Assembly: GCF_009834535.1 (NCBI RefSeq) | Contig: NC_045697.1 | Coordinates: forward strand, 54,686,001-54,750,000 | Direction of reading: 5' to 3' | Length of the DNA: 64,000 nucleotides | Origin: Camelus ferus | Lineage: Eukaryota | Shown: positions 37,031 to 49,810 of the stretch, in pieces | Numbering within the stretch: the first letter of the stretch is position 1 | How the letters are laid out: the number at the start of each line of letters is the position of its first letter | Made by a program: the position numbers and the translations under genes | Notes under the pieces: model-generated | What the model saw: only the letters and a program-made list of their open reading frames with translations | Told to the model about the DNA's origin: nothing | Databases searched by the model: none

Positions 37031-37734
37031 TATATATGGAATATAAAAAATAAAACAAATAAATATATATATAGCAAAACAGAAACTGACTGAGAACTAA
37101 TGCTTACCAGCAGGGAGAAGGAAGTGGGGAGGGGAAGATAGGGGTATAGGATTAAGAGGTACAAACTACTATGTATAAAACAGATAAGCAACAAGGATAC
37201 ATTGTACCACACAGGGAATTACAGCCATTATTTATACAGCCATTATTTTATACTAACTTTAAATGTAGTATAATCTATACAAATATTGAGTCATTATGTT
37301 GTATACTTGAAACTAGTTATGTAAATTACCTGTATCTTAAAGAAAAACAAAAAACTGATCCTCCTCAAAATATTAGTTGAATTATTTTAATTGTCAGTAG
37401 GAAATGCTACCTATCAGTTTGTTTTTTGCCTAAACACTGATTTTCGTCTGAAATTCTCATTCCAACTTTTAAATTTGCAGTTGTCTGCTATTTGTCTTTT
37501 TTCTTTTTCACTACTTGACGTGTCCAAAGTTTTCCCTGTGCAGAAACTATTTATATGTTTCTGTCAATTTCTTCATTTAATAGTTTGAACTTTGTATTTG
37601 ACAATATGTTATTTAGCACTAAAAATTTGTAACTGTTGTTATCTTTGTTGTAGATGATATCTTTTTATCAACTTTTTGTTTTTAATTATCATTTCAGTTT
37701 AGCTGATAATTGGTGCTAACTTTTTGAAGTTATC

Positions 37735-38205
37735 TGTTGACTGCCAACTCAGAAAAAAACACTCAAATGACATGTTCAAGTGAAGATGAGTTTATTACTT
37801 ACCGAAGTAAGATAGAAAATCACCTGTGTGTGTGTATTTGAGGAGTTTCGTGGTTTGGTTTACGGTGTGGCTTCAATGCAGGAGACTGAATAGAATTGTG
37901 CAGAGTTTCTGATATTATAGTTTAGGATTGGTGGACACAGCAAGATTAGAGTTTTGAAGGCACTCTCAAAAGGAGTTTGAAGGAGTAAATGTTGGTTTGA
38001 TACCGAAGTTTGCCCACTTAAGAAATCTCTTTATCTGAGAAAGGAATTATTCACCCTCATGCCCAAGGAGGAGGCAAACTGAGCTGTCTGTTGTTTGAAT
38101 AAATGGATTTTAATGAGTTCATAAAACAAACAGTAATGCTATTTGAAACTTTATTTTTCCCAGGCAAGAATTTACTGGAATAGGAAAATCCTGTTAATGT
38201 CAATT
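37735..38205 (-). mobile_element. Old LTR (ERV1/ERVL class, family uncertain)
   Basis: tgttga start, tttatt (reverse poly-A signal) near 37790, composition break from the flanking L1M. Confidence 0.5.
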
Positions 38206-39264
38206 CTTGATTCTATTAAATTCTGGTTACAAGGAGTTTGTTCTCATTTTGACAAATCTTTGCCTATCTTTGAAAAACATTTTAATGCCACTTTATTTTA
38301 GGTATGTCTCTTGGAAGCAGCATATATTTAGATTATGCCTCTTAATTCAGTTTGCGAAACTTTGTATTGTAACAGAGAAATATAAACTTTTTGTGTTACA
38401 CTCTAATATTTTATCTTGAATCCTTCATGATTTTTAGTGTTTTCTTAGTCTTATGAAATGTGGCTGTTTGCTTTATTTTATATTCTCTAATAATGGAAAG
38501 TTGTTCTTATCAATGTTATAATCTGAAATTCAGCCATTCTTAACTGAATACATGCTACCTTCAGTATCTCTTCTATCAAGGATTATTTTTGACATTTTTG
38601 TTCAGGTTTTTATTTCCAACTAACAATAGTTATTTACATTTAACTTTGTCAAACTTTTCTCAGTGCATCATTTGTGTCTTTATATCCTAACTGTCCTATT
38701 CTTTAACTCTTAATTTTGATATCTATAGGAAATTTTCAAGAAGAACACAGAAGTTATATTTCTGAGTTCTTATGCATCTGAGAGTCTCTGTTGTTTTAAA
38801 AAATGAATGACATTTGACTAGGCCTAATTATTGGGTTACAGTTCTATCTCTCTGAAAATTTTATGTGTATTGCTTCATTATTTTTCTGTTGTAATTTTAG
38901 AGATGCCAGAGTCCTCCTGGTTTTTATTCCTTCTTGTTAATCTTTTTAGTGTTCTCTGCCTTTACATAGAGTTTTCTCCTTGACTGAGCTACTTTAAAAA
39001 TTTTATCTGAATAGTTTTAAAAATGGACTCATTTTTTTCTTTGTTAACCTTATTTTTGTCAATTAGTCTTGTTTGTTTCTTTGATTACAAATATTCATGT
39101 TTCTTGAAAATATTCATAATTGTTGGTTTGATTCTAATTCTCTTTTTCTGTATCTAATGTTTTGATTTTATTTCTTCATTGTTAGTTTTGCACTTTAAAA
39201 AGTATTATGCAGGATTTTTTTTTGGCTTGGTTATTATAATTTTGGTTTCTTTGAAACATCTCTT

Positions 39265-39399
39265 TTTAAAAAAAAATATTTGATTTATTTATTTGGGAGG
39301 GTAATTAGGTTTACTTATTTTAATGATGTTACTAGGGATTGAACCCAGGACTTCATGCATGCTAAGTGCATGCTCTACTACTGAACTATACCCTTCCTC
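39265..39399 (-). mobile_element. tRNA-derived SINE (camelid Vic-1-like)
   Basis: gggattgaacccaggacttcatgcatgctaag...ctctactactgaactataccc; TSD tgaaacat(c/t)tctt. Confidence 0.88.
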
Positions 39400-40008
39400 T
39401 GAAACATTTCTTGAATTTATTTCTCCCTTTGCATCTTACTTTGTTGTCTTTGTGTCTCCTCATTTAACTGTCCTTTCATTTTATTGTTTTATTTTCCTTC
39501 AATTTCCTGGCCTTGTTGGCCACCTTGTATTGCATTATGCTGAAGATGCCATAAAGCTTTCCGAAAGCTTTCTTTTGGTTCTGCAACTAAATCAGGTTCA
39601 GGGCTTTGCTCATTTTGAGTCTTCAAAGATAATTTTTCCTTTCCCTTAGATTTTGGTAATTTTTTAAAAACCACCTCTATCCCCTTGTCCCTGAACATTC
39701 AAATTATTATGAAGGAAAAAACATCGAGACCTTAACATCCCAACTCATATGTTGCTTATGTTGGCTTCACTGTCTACACAGGGGAGTATTGAAAATGTTT
39801 CTCAAAGCTACTGATCTTGGCCTTTTTCCTGCTTCTAAATGTTGGTTCTCTGAGACATTGAAATGATGGAGTTTCTCAGTGTTTTTCAAAAGCAGTGATA
39901 GGATCAATTACAGGGCTTTAAAAAATACATTTTTCTGGACTTTGAACCTGGAAATTCTGTGCATGTATGTTATGTATTTGAAAGAATAATGGAGCAGGGC
40001 TTGGAAAC

Positions 40009-40695
40009 TGCTGGGAAACAAGCTGCTGAGAAAAGCCACTGGAAAACGAACAGCTGGAAAACAAGCCGCACCTAAATTTCCATGAGCTTAAAATATTATA
40101 TTCACACTTGCTTGTTTAAAATGCACATGCTTGCTTTGTTTTAAAGTTTTACGCAGTAGATGACCTGTAGCACGTATTATGCTAAAGAAAATTTGTGGTG
40201 AGCAATCCTGAGATTGACCATAAGGCACAAAGGAGGGCAGATATCTCCTTAGGGTAAAACAATGGATGGTCCTGGAAAGCCAGATCGCCCATTAAGAGAA
40301 CTTTGTTCTGGCATGAAAGCATTTGGTTAAGCCCAGGGGAAATATTTGCTATCTCGAGATGTCCCGGAGGCAATAACAGGATAGATTTAGAAATTTTGCA
40401 TACCCTGAGGAGGGTGATTGTTCCTGGAAGGGATAGGCCTGAAATTAATCAATTAATCAGCAAGCAGAACTTGGTGCTTATCGCCTGGAATATCTAAAGC
40501 CTCACCTCTTTGATCGCATTTTTTTCTGAGCTGTATACTGCTAATAAATATGATGTCGACCAGGCTTTCGGGACTCTGGATCCACAAGATCTTGAATCCC
40601 CTGGTCCCATCTTTGCTCTTTACTTTGTCTCTTTGTTTCTTAAGTCTTGCGTCACCTATCCTCAGACACGGTCCCAAGCTGTGCTGGACACAGCA
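40009..40695 (+). mobile_element. Young ERVK/ERV2 (beta-like) solo LTR, 687 bp
   Basis: TGCTG...CAGCA inverted termini, perfect 6-bp TSD GGAAAC (40003-40008 / 40696-40701), AATAAA at 40543, ~13 CpGs; sits in a MER5-like fossil. Confidence 0.9.
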
Positions 40696-41061
40696 GGAAA
40701 CCTGTATTATAAAAACCAGATTTGATTTGACAGACCTGGAGCAGTTACTGTCTGCTGCTAAGATTTCCATTACAAGAAAAAAGCATCCTCGTGCTTTGTC
40801 TGTCTCATTCTGGCAGTGAAGATTGAATGAGAGAATACAGGAGAAAAACATGATAAAACAGAGAAAGCCCAAGAGGGAATTTTTACAACTCAAAAATAAC
40901 CTTCTAAATAGAGAAGCTTCTGTTTTATTCCAAAAAGAATCTAAACTTTGAATTAAAAAAAAACAGATTTGAGTACTGGCAAGTACTGCAATTAGTACTA
41001 TATTTTTCTCAACTACCACCAACTGGCTTTACTTCTGGAGATCATTCCTTCTAAGCAACAC

Positions 41062-42517
41062 TGGCAGGCGAGCAACCTGTGCATTTGTACAGGGTCTTGT
41101 GCTCAAAGGGTCGTATGCTTGGTTTAATTTCTTCTTGTCACTGTCTTGAAATTCTTAATCTTATCTCTGAACTTGTATTATTGTAGACAAAGTCCAATGG
41201 GACATGGGGGTATATGTGCCTGAGTAGAGGAAATACACACAGTATGCCTGTCTGCCATTCCTCATGGCCCCATTTATATATTGCTTCTGTGAGCATAGAA
41301 TTCTGGTGGACCCACTATGTGTGGGATTTTGCAAGGCTCAAAGTGAGTACCTCTGCAATATGGTGTGTTAATTTTCTACTGCTGCTACAACAAATTACTG
41401 CAAGATTAGTGGCTTGAATAGTACAAATTTTCTTACAGATCTGAAAATCAGAAGTCTGAAATGTGTCTTATGAGGCTAAAATCAAAGACTGCTTTTTTTT
41501 TTTCTTTCTGGAATTGTAGGGGAGAATCTTCTTACTTGCCTTTTCTAACTTCTTGAGGTCGCCGCATTCTTTGCCTCATGGCTGCATCCTCTGCTCTCTT
41601 TAAAGCCAGCAATGCAGCATTTCCCAATTTCTTCCTCTGCTTGCATTGTCACATCTCTTTCTCTGAATCTCCAATTCTCCCTTTTATAAGGATTTCTTTG
41701 GGCTTAACTGGATAACCCAGGATAATCTCTCCATCGCAAGATTCTTAACTAAATCACATTGACAAATTTCCCTTTTTGACATAAGGTAACATATCCACAG
41801 GTTTTGGTGACTAGGAAGTGGACAGTTTTGAGTAGAGGGTCAGTATATAGCCTACCACGCTAAGTGAGGATACCATGCTTTCCATTTGAAGCAGAACTTG
41901 TTTCAAACACAGAAAAAAGCCAATGGAGTTTTAAGACACACAGATGACCAAACATGTTCTTACTGATGGTATTTGTTCTTATTCATGGTATTTCCCTGTA
42001 TTAGCCAACTACCTGTGCTCAAAATGATGCCACAGAAGAAAAGGGAAAGAGGGTTACTGTACAGTGTCTTTCACTTTCAGTCCTTCCTTACTCATCAAAA
42101 ATCTAAAAGTAAGAGTGTCGGTAGAATGTGTGTATCAAGAATTGAAATAAAAACAGTGGCAGCATTTCTGCTATTCTGGTGGAATGGAATACTGACACAC
42201 GCATGAGCTGTGAAGTACATTGTGTCACTTTGGTGACTCCGCATATTCTATTTGCATTTTAAACAGGCATTGCACAATATAAAAAAAGCACAGTAAAATT
42301 CATTTCAATAATTTAAAATTTATTTTTCTTTTAAAGAATGATATTACATAGCAAATAAGAAACATTAGATATGTATGTGTGAGAAAGAGAGAGATCATTG
42401 AAGAAAGGGAAAAATATATTTTAGTGCCTTTAACAGCACTTCCTTCCTGTGTTTTGAATAAGGAGCTCCACATTTTCAGTTTGCACAGGGCTCCGCAAAG
42501 TATGTGGCCTGATTCCA
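41062..42517 (+). mobile_element. hAT-Tip100 DNA transposon (MER45B/R-like) with a nested minus-strand MLT1 LTR (~41362-41858)
   Basis: gcaacctgtgcatttgtacaggg...ctgtcttgaaattcttaat start; cacattttcagtttgcacagggctccgcaaagtatgtggcc end; MLT motif ggataacccaggataatctctccatcgcaagattcttaac. Confidence 0.8.
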
Positions 42518-42765
42518 GGAACCAAGGAACTACTGTTTGTCTTCTCTACTTCACACATAAGCATGCACACACACATACATGTGCACAAGTGTACATGCAT
42601 ATCTATGCATTTGTGACAGACAGGCTGAGTTATTTTTCCTACACTGAAAGGTAATAAGTGGGATATTGTTAAGGAGGGGGTCAGAAAAAGGAAGCAGTAC
42701 TCTGATAAGGGGTCTTCTCACTCTCTCTGCTTCAGCCACACTCTCCTTTTTTGATTTCTTCATAT

Positions 42766-43256
42766 CAGCAGGTTTCAAACATTTTTGGTCTCAGCACCCC
42801 ATCCCTTGATTATCTTAAAATTTATTGAGGATGACAGTGAGCTTTTTTGTGTGTGTGCTATATTTATTGATGTTTACCATAATTAGAAATGAAAACTAAA
42901 AAACATTTCAAAGTGAGCATTTCTTAATCCATTAGAAATAACATTAACGGGCTTTTCTTGTTAATTATTTTTTAATAAAAATTAACTACATTTTTTCAAA
43001 TAAAAAAAAAAACTTGTAAGACGACTGGCTTCATTTTACAGTTCTGCAAGTTTCCATAATATCTGGCTTAATGAAAGACTGAAGGATTCTTATCTGCTCC
43101 TGCATTTAATCTGTTGCAGTATCACATGTTGCCACTGGAAAATTTCACAGCACATCCATGAGAGAATTATAGTGGAAAATGCAAGTAACATATAATTATG
43201 AAAATACTTTTGACTATTTTCACAGAGGTTTCTGACCACACTGTGAGAACTACTGC
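42766..43256 (+). mobile_element. hAT-Charlie element (MER119-like)
   Basis: cagcaggtttcaaacatttttggtctcag...gaccacactgtgagaactactg termini. Confidence 0.7.
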
Positions 43257-43259
43257 CTT

Positions 43260-43600
43260 ATAACCATGCTTTCTCTTGCCACAGGGCCTTTGCTTATACT
43301 CTTACTTCTGATTAGGACACTGTTTTTCTCTTCTACCAATTCTTTCTTTCTCAGCTTGAAAATCATTTGCCTAAGGAAGTCTCTCATTTCCTTCAAAAAT
43401 TCATATTCTGTTAGTTGAGGCTTTTATAATGCTGTAAACTTATGTAAAATCATTTGTCGCTGTTCTACATATATCTATATGATTATGTTTCTGTCTCTCC
43501 CACAAGACTTGAAGTTTCAAAAGAATAGGACTGTGTCTCACCCTTGCATCTCCAGTGTGTAACATAGTATCTGGTCCATATAGCTGCTGAATAATTGTTG
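43260..43600 (+). mobile_element. L2 3' end
   Basis: cacagggcctttgcttatact...tctccagtgtgtaacatagtatctggtccatatag...aataattgttgaa. Confidence 0.7.
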
Positions 43601-45619
43601 AAAATGTAAATATATTAATTGATCTCAGTAATAGTAGAGTTATCATCTATCATAAATTTCAAAACATTACCAGTGGTAATCAATAGAACTGCTATTTTCT
43701 CTCAAGACAAGGACATAGAAAATTGTAAGCATTATTCTCTTTGCATCACAACAGAACAAGAAGAAAGATGAAGATCAAGTTAAATCTTAAGGAATTTGCA
43801 TTAAAATAAAAAATTGATATTCAGTATTCAGTTTTTACTTTAAACTAAAATTTTGGGATGACAATTAGGAGTAGATCAGTCATTCAGATACTTTGGTAAT
43901 TGGATGCCAAGCATTTGGCTACTTCTAGATATATAGAAAATACTAGAAAATAGGTAGTTTGTCACATTGACATTCAGGTGATTGGTTGGTGGGCTAATTA
44001 AACATCTACGTCTTTTAGTGTTGAGTAGAACCAAGGTACTAGAAGAATCAGTAAAGATACCTTGTTTTGGAGTTTTTTGCTGAAAATGTTAGGGGGATGA
44101 TTTCAGTGATTTGAAAATTTTTTGAAATCTTATGGGTGTATGAAGACATCATATTTATACCCCCCCCAAAAAAACTAAGATCATATGCATCGTCAATGGA
44201 ATGCACAAATTCTTGAACTCAGGGGAAATTTTATTTTATCAGTTTTAAGGGATGGATAAATTTCTGGTTTCTTGAGCTATGGTGGCTTTTATGGCTAATT
44301 TGATGTCAAGGTCTAGGATTACCTCATTTCTATCCTTGGTCCTAGTTCAATGCTTGGATGAATGAAGGTGCTTAATATGAATGAATAAATTTGTATTCAA
44401 GCAAACTTCTTTTCTCTATTGAACTCGCTAATAACTGAACTGAGCTGAATTACTTGTATAAAGTAAGAGTGGCTTGAGGAAACTTGGTTGTTTAGCATTA
44501 GGCTTCCAATTAATTTAATTTAATTTAATTTATGGGATTATATTGATAATCCTTTTCTCTTATTTTCTATTAGAGATGGAGGGAAACAAGTCATCTATGT
44601 GGCTGGGTAGAAGTTATTAACATTGTCTATTGAAGATGTCAAGGGCATTTTCATTTTAATGGTCCTCAGTTATTATCCCAATCCAGCAGGCAGTCATCTC
44701 CTTTGCCTCTTCAGGTATGAAATGGCAGCTGCTATAGAGACACAGCTTGGTCACTGTTCACACTGTGGAGCTAAAGTTAATCACCGTTTGAAAACAATTG
44801 GCTGACATTAGACCAGAGAGTTAATTAAAGGGAAACTGTTGAGACAGGAATTATGCTCGTTTTTTTTTTTTTAAAAAGTTTGCCTGCATGACTAATAGTT
44901 GTAATCATTAAGAATAAGAACAGAAAGTTAGGTTCCTAAATTCTAATAAATCCAGTTGACTTAACTTTTAGATTGGCTTAATCTAAATTTACTTTGTTTC
45001 CCTCTGTTTTTAATGCACTTTGCTTGGAAAATGATATTACACTGTTCAATGTCATCTGTCTTTTTTACAGTTGTAAGAGTACTTTTTTTTTTTTTTAAGT
45101 TTTAGCTTCTCATGCTTCTTTAGGATGAATTTTGTCTTTCTCCCAAGGCCTGCTATCCAAAGTCACTGGATAAAAGACACTATAAAATCTTCCCTGGGAT
45201 TTACGTCTTTGTAATTTTAACTCCATTGACTAATTTAGTGCCATTGAGTTCTCAATCTTCAGAGGGACTTCTTTTCATTTAATGGTCTTCCTTTCATTGA
45301 GATAAAGATATCTATTTTTAAAACACCTTTAACACCAAATGAAATTGAAATTATTAATTGAATTGTTCCGTATTTCCTTGTATAAAGAATTTTCTAATTC
45401 TATACCCTGTCATTTGTGTGCATAGAAAGGACCAGAAAGGAGGTTAGTGGGAATGATCTACATTTTGGAATTAATGTGTTCTTTTTGGAAATACAGCATG
45501 TATAATTTCAAGGTCAGCCAAGGAAGAAATAACACTTTAACCACCATATTTTTCATGTGCACAAAACTGCATATTTTCTCACTACTGTTATCTCATTTGA
45601 TTTTGGAGAGAGACAGTCT

Positions 45620-45890
45620 GGTGCAATATAGTGTAACAGATCTTCATCCTCAGGGTTCAACTTCTTGAATTCAAATCTTGACACCATACTTTCTAGCCAC
45701 ACAGCTTCACATGAGTTACTTAGTTCCTGGATGCCTCTTTCCTCATGTCTAATATGCTGGTAGCAATAATAATATCTACCTCATTGGATTTGTGAAGAAC
45801 TAAGTAAATTTCTTAGTATAGGGCCTGGTCCAGAGTTAGAAATATTAATTATCATCATCATCATCACCACCACCATCATTATCATCATTT
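45620..45890 (+). mobile_element. MIR with a (CAT/CAC)n tail
   Basis: ttgaattcaaatcttgacacc...gagttacttag...ttcctcatgtctaatatg...aatatctacctcattgg. Confidence 0.7.
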
Positions 45891-45952
45891 AAGAATCCAG
45901 ATTGAAATATGACCACAGTTATACTCCATGAACCTTAAATCCCTGTAGATTT

Positions 45953-46412
45953 GTGATAGACATTACTGGTTGCTCACTCCAGTGTTAATTTCCATTTTTT
46001 CCTTGCTAACAGGATGCTGGTCATGGGTATAAATTGTGAGGTAGAAGCCCATCATCATTCTTACATTTCTAGCCAATGAGATGTAAGAGAAAATTTGCTG
46101 AGGTAAATATTTTCCTTCTCAAGTAACAGAGCTCATTTGTACCCTGCTCTCTTTTCCTGCTTTGGATGCTGTGATATGAGGTTATGATGCCTAGTGGTGT
46201 GGCAGCCATCTGTGACCATGAGGCTACAAGCCTGAGGCAAAATTTTAGACTCTGAGAAGGACAGAGTAGGAGAAGAAAAAGAAACTTGGTCCTTGCTGAT
46301 GACATTTTTGAAAATAAGACCACTTCTAGATTTGTTAACAATCAATATTCTTAACTTTTAGGATATTATTAATGAATCTTTCTTACTTGCAGCTGAAAAG
46401 ATCTTAATTAAT
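45953..46412 (+). mobile_element. Ancient LTR (LTR16-like)
   Basis: gcagccatctgtgaccatgagg and ttacttgcagctgaaaag...taataca-like end. Confidence 0.65.
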
Positions 46413-48249
46413 ACTGGATTCTTTTGGTGGCAAGTGACAGAAAGCTAACTCAAACTAGGAAATTTATTCAGGCATTGAGAGCAATTCATGCAGTCAAATG
46501 AATTGCTATAAGAACCACAGTAATTCAAAGGACCTCAGAGATGGAAGCTAGGGTCTTGAACACCATTGTACACTTCCCTCACCCTTTCTCCTCTCTGCTA
46601 CTTTCTGTGTTGTCCTCATTTGTTGCTACTGCAGATGAACTTTTTCTGGCAGCATAGGTGCTCAATCAGAAAAAATCAGAACAATAGAAACAGAGTAATC
46701 TCTCTTAGCTTCTCTTGGAAAAATAACAAAGAAAGGATGCTAATTTGATTCTTGTGTCAGCTGCTATAGCCAGGGCAGGAGGTTGGATCAGCCCATTGCT
46801 TTGACCAAGGGAGTGAGGTTTCTTTCTGGTAGATTAATAGGGGTAATACACAGATGCTGGATAGAGAATTACTGTGGGATGGGCAGCCACCCCTATTTAT
46901 TTCTTGTACAAAAATTTAGTAGTTGTGAAAAAGATTTTCCCTGGGGTCATTTGGGTCTTAGCTTGAATTAATTTTGATGTGTTTATGCTAGGGTCATTTC
47001 TCATTTCCCTGGACTAGTTTGACCTTGTGTGTATGTGACCAGAAGAGAAATTCAGAACCTGGAGTGCTGTAGGGGAATGCCCCTGTGGGATTTGCTATGG
47101 TGTCTTCATTCTCATTTCACAGAGGCTGCTTGGTGGACTAAACTACACTGGGATGTGAAATGGGTCATCCAGGCTACACTGGGCTTTGAAATAGGGTGAC
47201 TGACAGATTATCTTGTCAGAGCCTATGAATGCTGGTCCTGAGCTCCCTATAAAGTATTCTCCCTTTTTGCCACAAGTGTTTCTGGGAGGTTTGTTATAAA
47301 TCCTCACAGAGAACCACATGGCCTGCCCTGAGCACTGCTCCACCATGGACGTGGCTGCTGGGTGCCACACTGCCTGCTGGGGGCCATTGCTGCTGCTGGA
47401 CACTGCTAATCTCCACTCTGGGCTCTGCTGCCCTCTTTGGCCAAACACTGCGGTTACTTCTCTCTCATGGCAGCTCCTTCTTTGTCTCCCATCAAGCAGC
47501 CACTGCCACAGGTCTGCTGAAGGCTCTGAGGTCCCCAAGCTACCCAGTGGCACAGGGACAGCTGGGGGAATGCCTCTGCCCCCTCTACGCGCTATGCTCT
47601 TCAGGGTGTTTCCAAACCTCGATAACTTACACAGGTCGGAATGAAGCGTTTGGCTCTTGTTTCTTAAGTTATAACCTGCCCCCTTTTCTTTTCCTTTCCT
47701 CTCATAACCGCACTGCACAGCACTCAGACTTAAAGACCATGCCTGGGGATGTGCCAGGGCCAGGCGTATGGCAAACACCGGAAGCATTGCCCACCATCTG
47801 CTGGAGGGATTTGCTGCTTAGCCCAGCTTGTCCTCTTGACACTTTTTTTTCCTTTTGGGTTGAGTTGTCTTCCAGGAGGTTCTTCAGCTTTGAATAAAAA
47901 TAGATTTCTGGCAGGCTTGTTTCACCCACCATGTCATCCTGAATGAGCACACTTGTCTAGTCTGAGAGGTGGATACCACTAGGCCCATGGCTTTCAGAGT
48001 GTTAGGTTTAAAAGATTGGCTAAATTTCAGAAAGAGTTCCAGCTCTATTTTGCGTGGAATGGCGCTAAAAAAGTAACACAAAATTCCCTCACTACTATCA
48101 TTTACTATTTCCAATATTTCACAAATGAAAAATGTAAAACTTAAGAATGATAAAAATGACATAGTTTTAGAAAAAAAATATTGTTTCAAAAATATGCAGC
48201 TGAAAATATACCTACAGACACAAACATTCAGCAGTACCTAAACCTGACT

Positions 48250-48475
48250 GCCTCTTATACATGTATTCACAGTTTCTAGACTTAATCCCTAGAGATGTCG
48301 ATTCAGGACGGGTGATCTATATATTTAAAAAGCTCCCTAGGTGATTCTAATGCAACCAGTCAGATGCGCATGTGGACTATTTTTTCTCTTCTCTTCTTTT
48401 TTCCCCCCATGAAGTAGTGAAAAATCAATTGCAGATCAACAGTGGTCTATAGACTAGCCCTTGGGACCCAGCTGG
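48250..48475. mobile_element. MER5-like hAT fossil(s)
   Basis: cctagagatgtcgattcag...aagctccctaggtgattctaatgca. Confidence 0.6.
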
Positions 48476-49549
48476 CTCAAATAGAATCTGGAACCTTGAT
48501 TATCTGATATTTCCCTGAGATGCCCATGTGCTTGCTTTCCTCACTGCAAGAAGTGCTAACTAGTAAAATGTTACAGATGGGAAAATTATGTGACTTGACC
48601 CAGTTCAAGCATGACAAGTGAGTGTTAGGTGATTACAAAGTGCCCATCAGTTGGCAGTAACTGCTAGAATGTCATGCTCAGAGGATGCTAGGGCTCAGCC
48701 CGTGCTCAGAAGAGATGAATGTTAGGATCCATCAGCAGAGTCTTCTGCAGGGTGGAAGAGGAGTGGGTGGCACACTGTGGCATGTATTTGCTGTTTTTAG
48801 TCTGACTCCTTGTACAGAGATGCATAGTGCTTGAGAAAATATTAGTGGTTTTAACTGATCTAGCAGTCTCTTCAATTATTATAGTACAGAAGTCATCCAT
48901 TTGAAACTGTAGTAAAACGGTGCCTGAATGCCTGTCATCTCAAAAGTCTTCATGCATTAAGAAGTCATTTAATCTAGAGCTAAGTTATAATTATTGCATT
49001 TAAATTGAGGGCATACTACTGTGTTACATCTGTGTGGCCATTAAGGTACCTAACAATTTATTGAATGGACATTTATTGTCTATTTGCTATACACCAATTC
49101 TAGGCAATAAGGTTAGGGACCAACTATGGAGAGTCCTTACCTGCAGGGAAATTTTTCCATTGGGGGAAGTAGATCTCTAAATAAACGATAATAATTAAAA
49201 ATTTATGCAAAGTACTCCAGGAACAGAGACAGGAAGGATTAACTCTGAATTTTAAATGAAGAAGAAAGAGAAATAAATTATCTTAGTTGAGATAGTAATA
49301 GAATTAGCAGAGTAAATTATTGCAAAGAAATGCTTTGCAGGATCTGGAACATGTTGCTGAGTTTGGTCATTGAGTCTTCTGGCTACAGATTTTTACTGGA
49401 GGTGATACTTACTTCTTTGAGACAACATACACTTCATTTATAGTCTCTTATGGTGTTTGTCTTATATTTTACCAACATATTTATCTAGAACCCTCCTCCT
49501 CAATATATTATGAGCTGATCTACCTAAATGATGACAATCTATCCAGGTA

Positions 49550-49810
49550 GAGTGTAGGAGAATGGAGTAGGAATGCCCGGACACTAATCCTAGAACTTTT
49601 CTTTAACTGTGTGACCTTGAGCAAGGAAATTTTAAAAATCTTTGTAATTCCTCATCTGCAAAATGAGAATTATAATAATAACTACGTTGTTAGTTTGTAG
49701 TAAACATTAAATAATGTAATGTATGTAAGAGTTCTGATCGTAGTGCTTGGCACTTAGGTAGTGCTTGGCACTTAGGAAGTGCTCAATAAATGTTAACCAT
49801 TACCAATATT
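49550..49810 (+). mobile_element. MIR
   Basis: ctgtgtgaccttgagcaag...cctcatctgcaaaatgagaat...gtgctcaataaatgtta. Confidence 0.8.

Larger units (their letters stand above)
30697..37366 (+). mobile_element. Full-length L1 retrotransposon (~6.7 kb), inactive
   Basis: 5'UTR starting ggctaggtcaagatgg, ORF1 and ORF2 remnants, A-rich tail, TSD aaaattattagttga / aaaatattagttga at a TT/AAAA site. Confidence 0.95.
37381..39500 (-). mobile_element. Very old L1M/L1ME fossil (continues at ~29900-30690 on the other side of the full-length L1)
   Basis: Strongly T-rich; reverse L1 EN-region motif ggtatgtctcttggaagcagcatatatttag (~38300). Confidence 0.6.

Noticed and set aside
31901..37212. Hydrophobic minus-strand ORFs resembling membrane proteins
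   Set aside because: Antisense translations of A-rich L1 sequence.
40453..41022. 189-aa minus-strand ORF
   Set aside because: Straddles the LTR/flank junction, has a non-ATG start and no recognisable domain.
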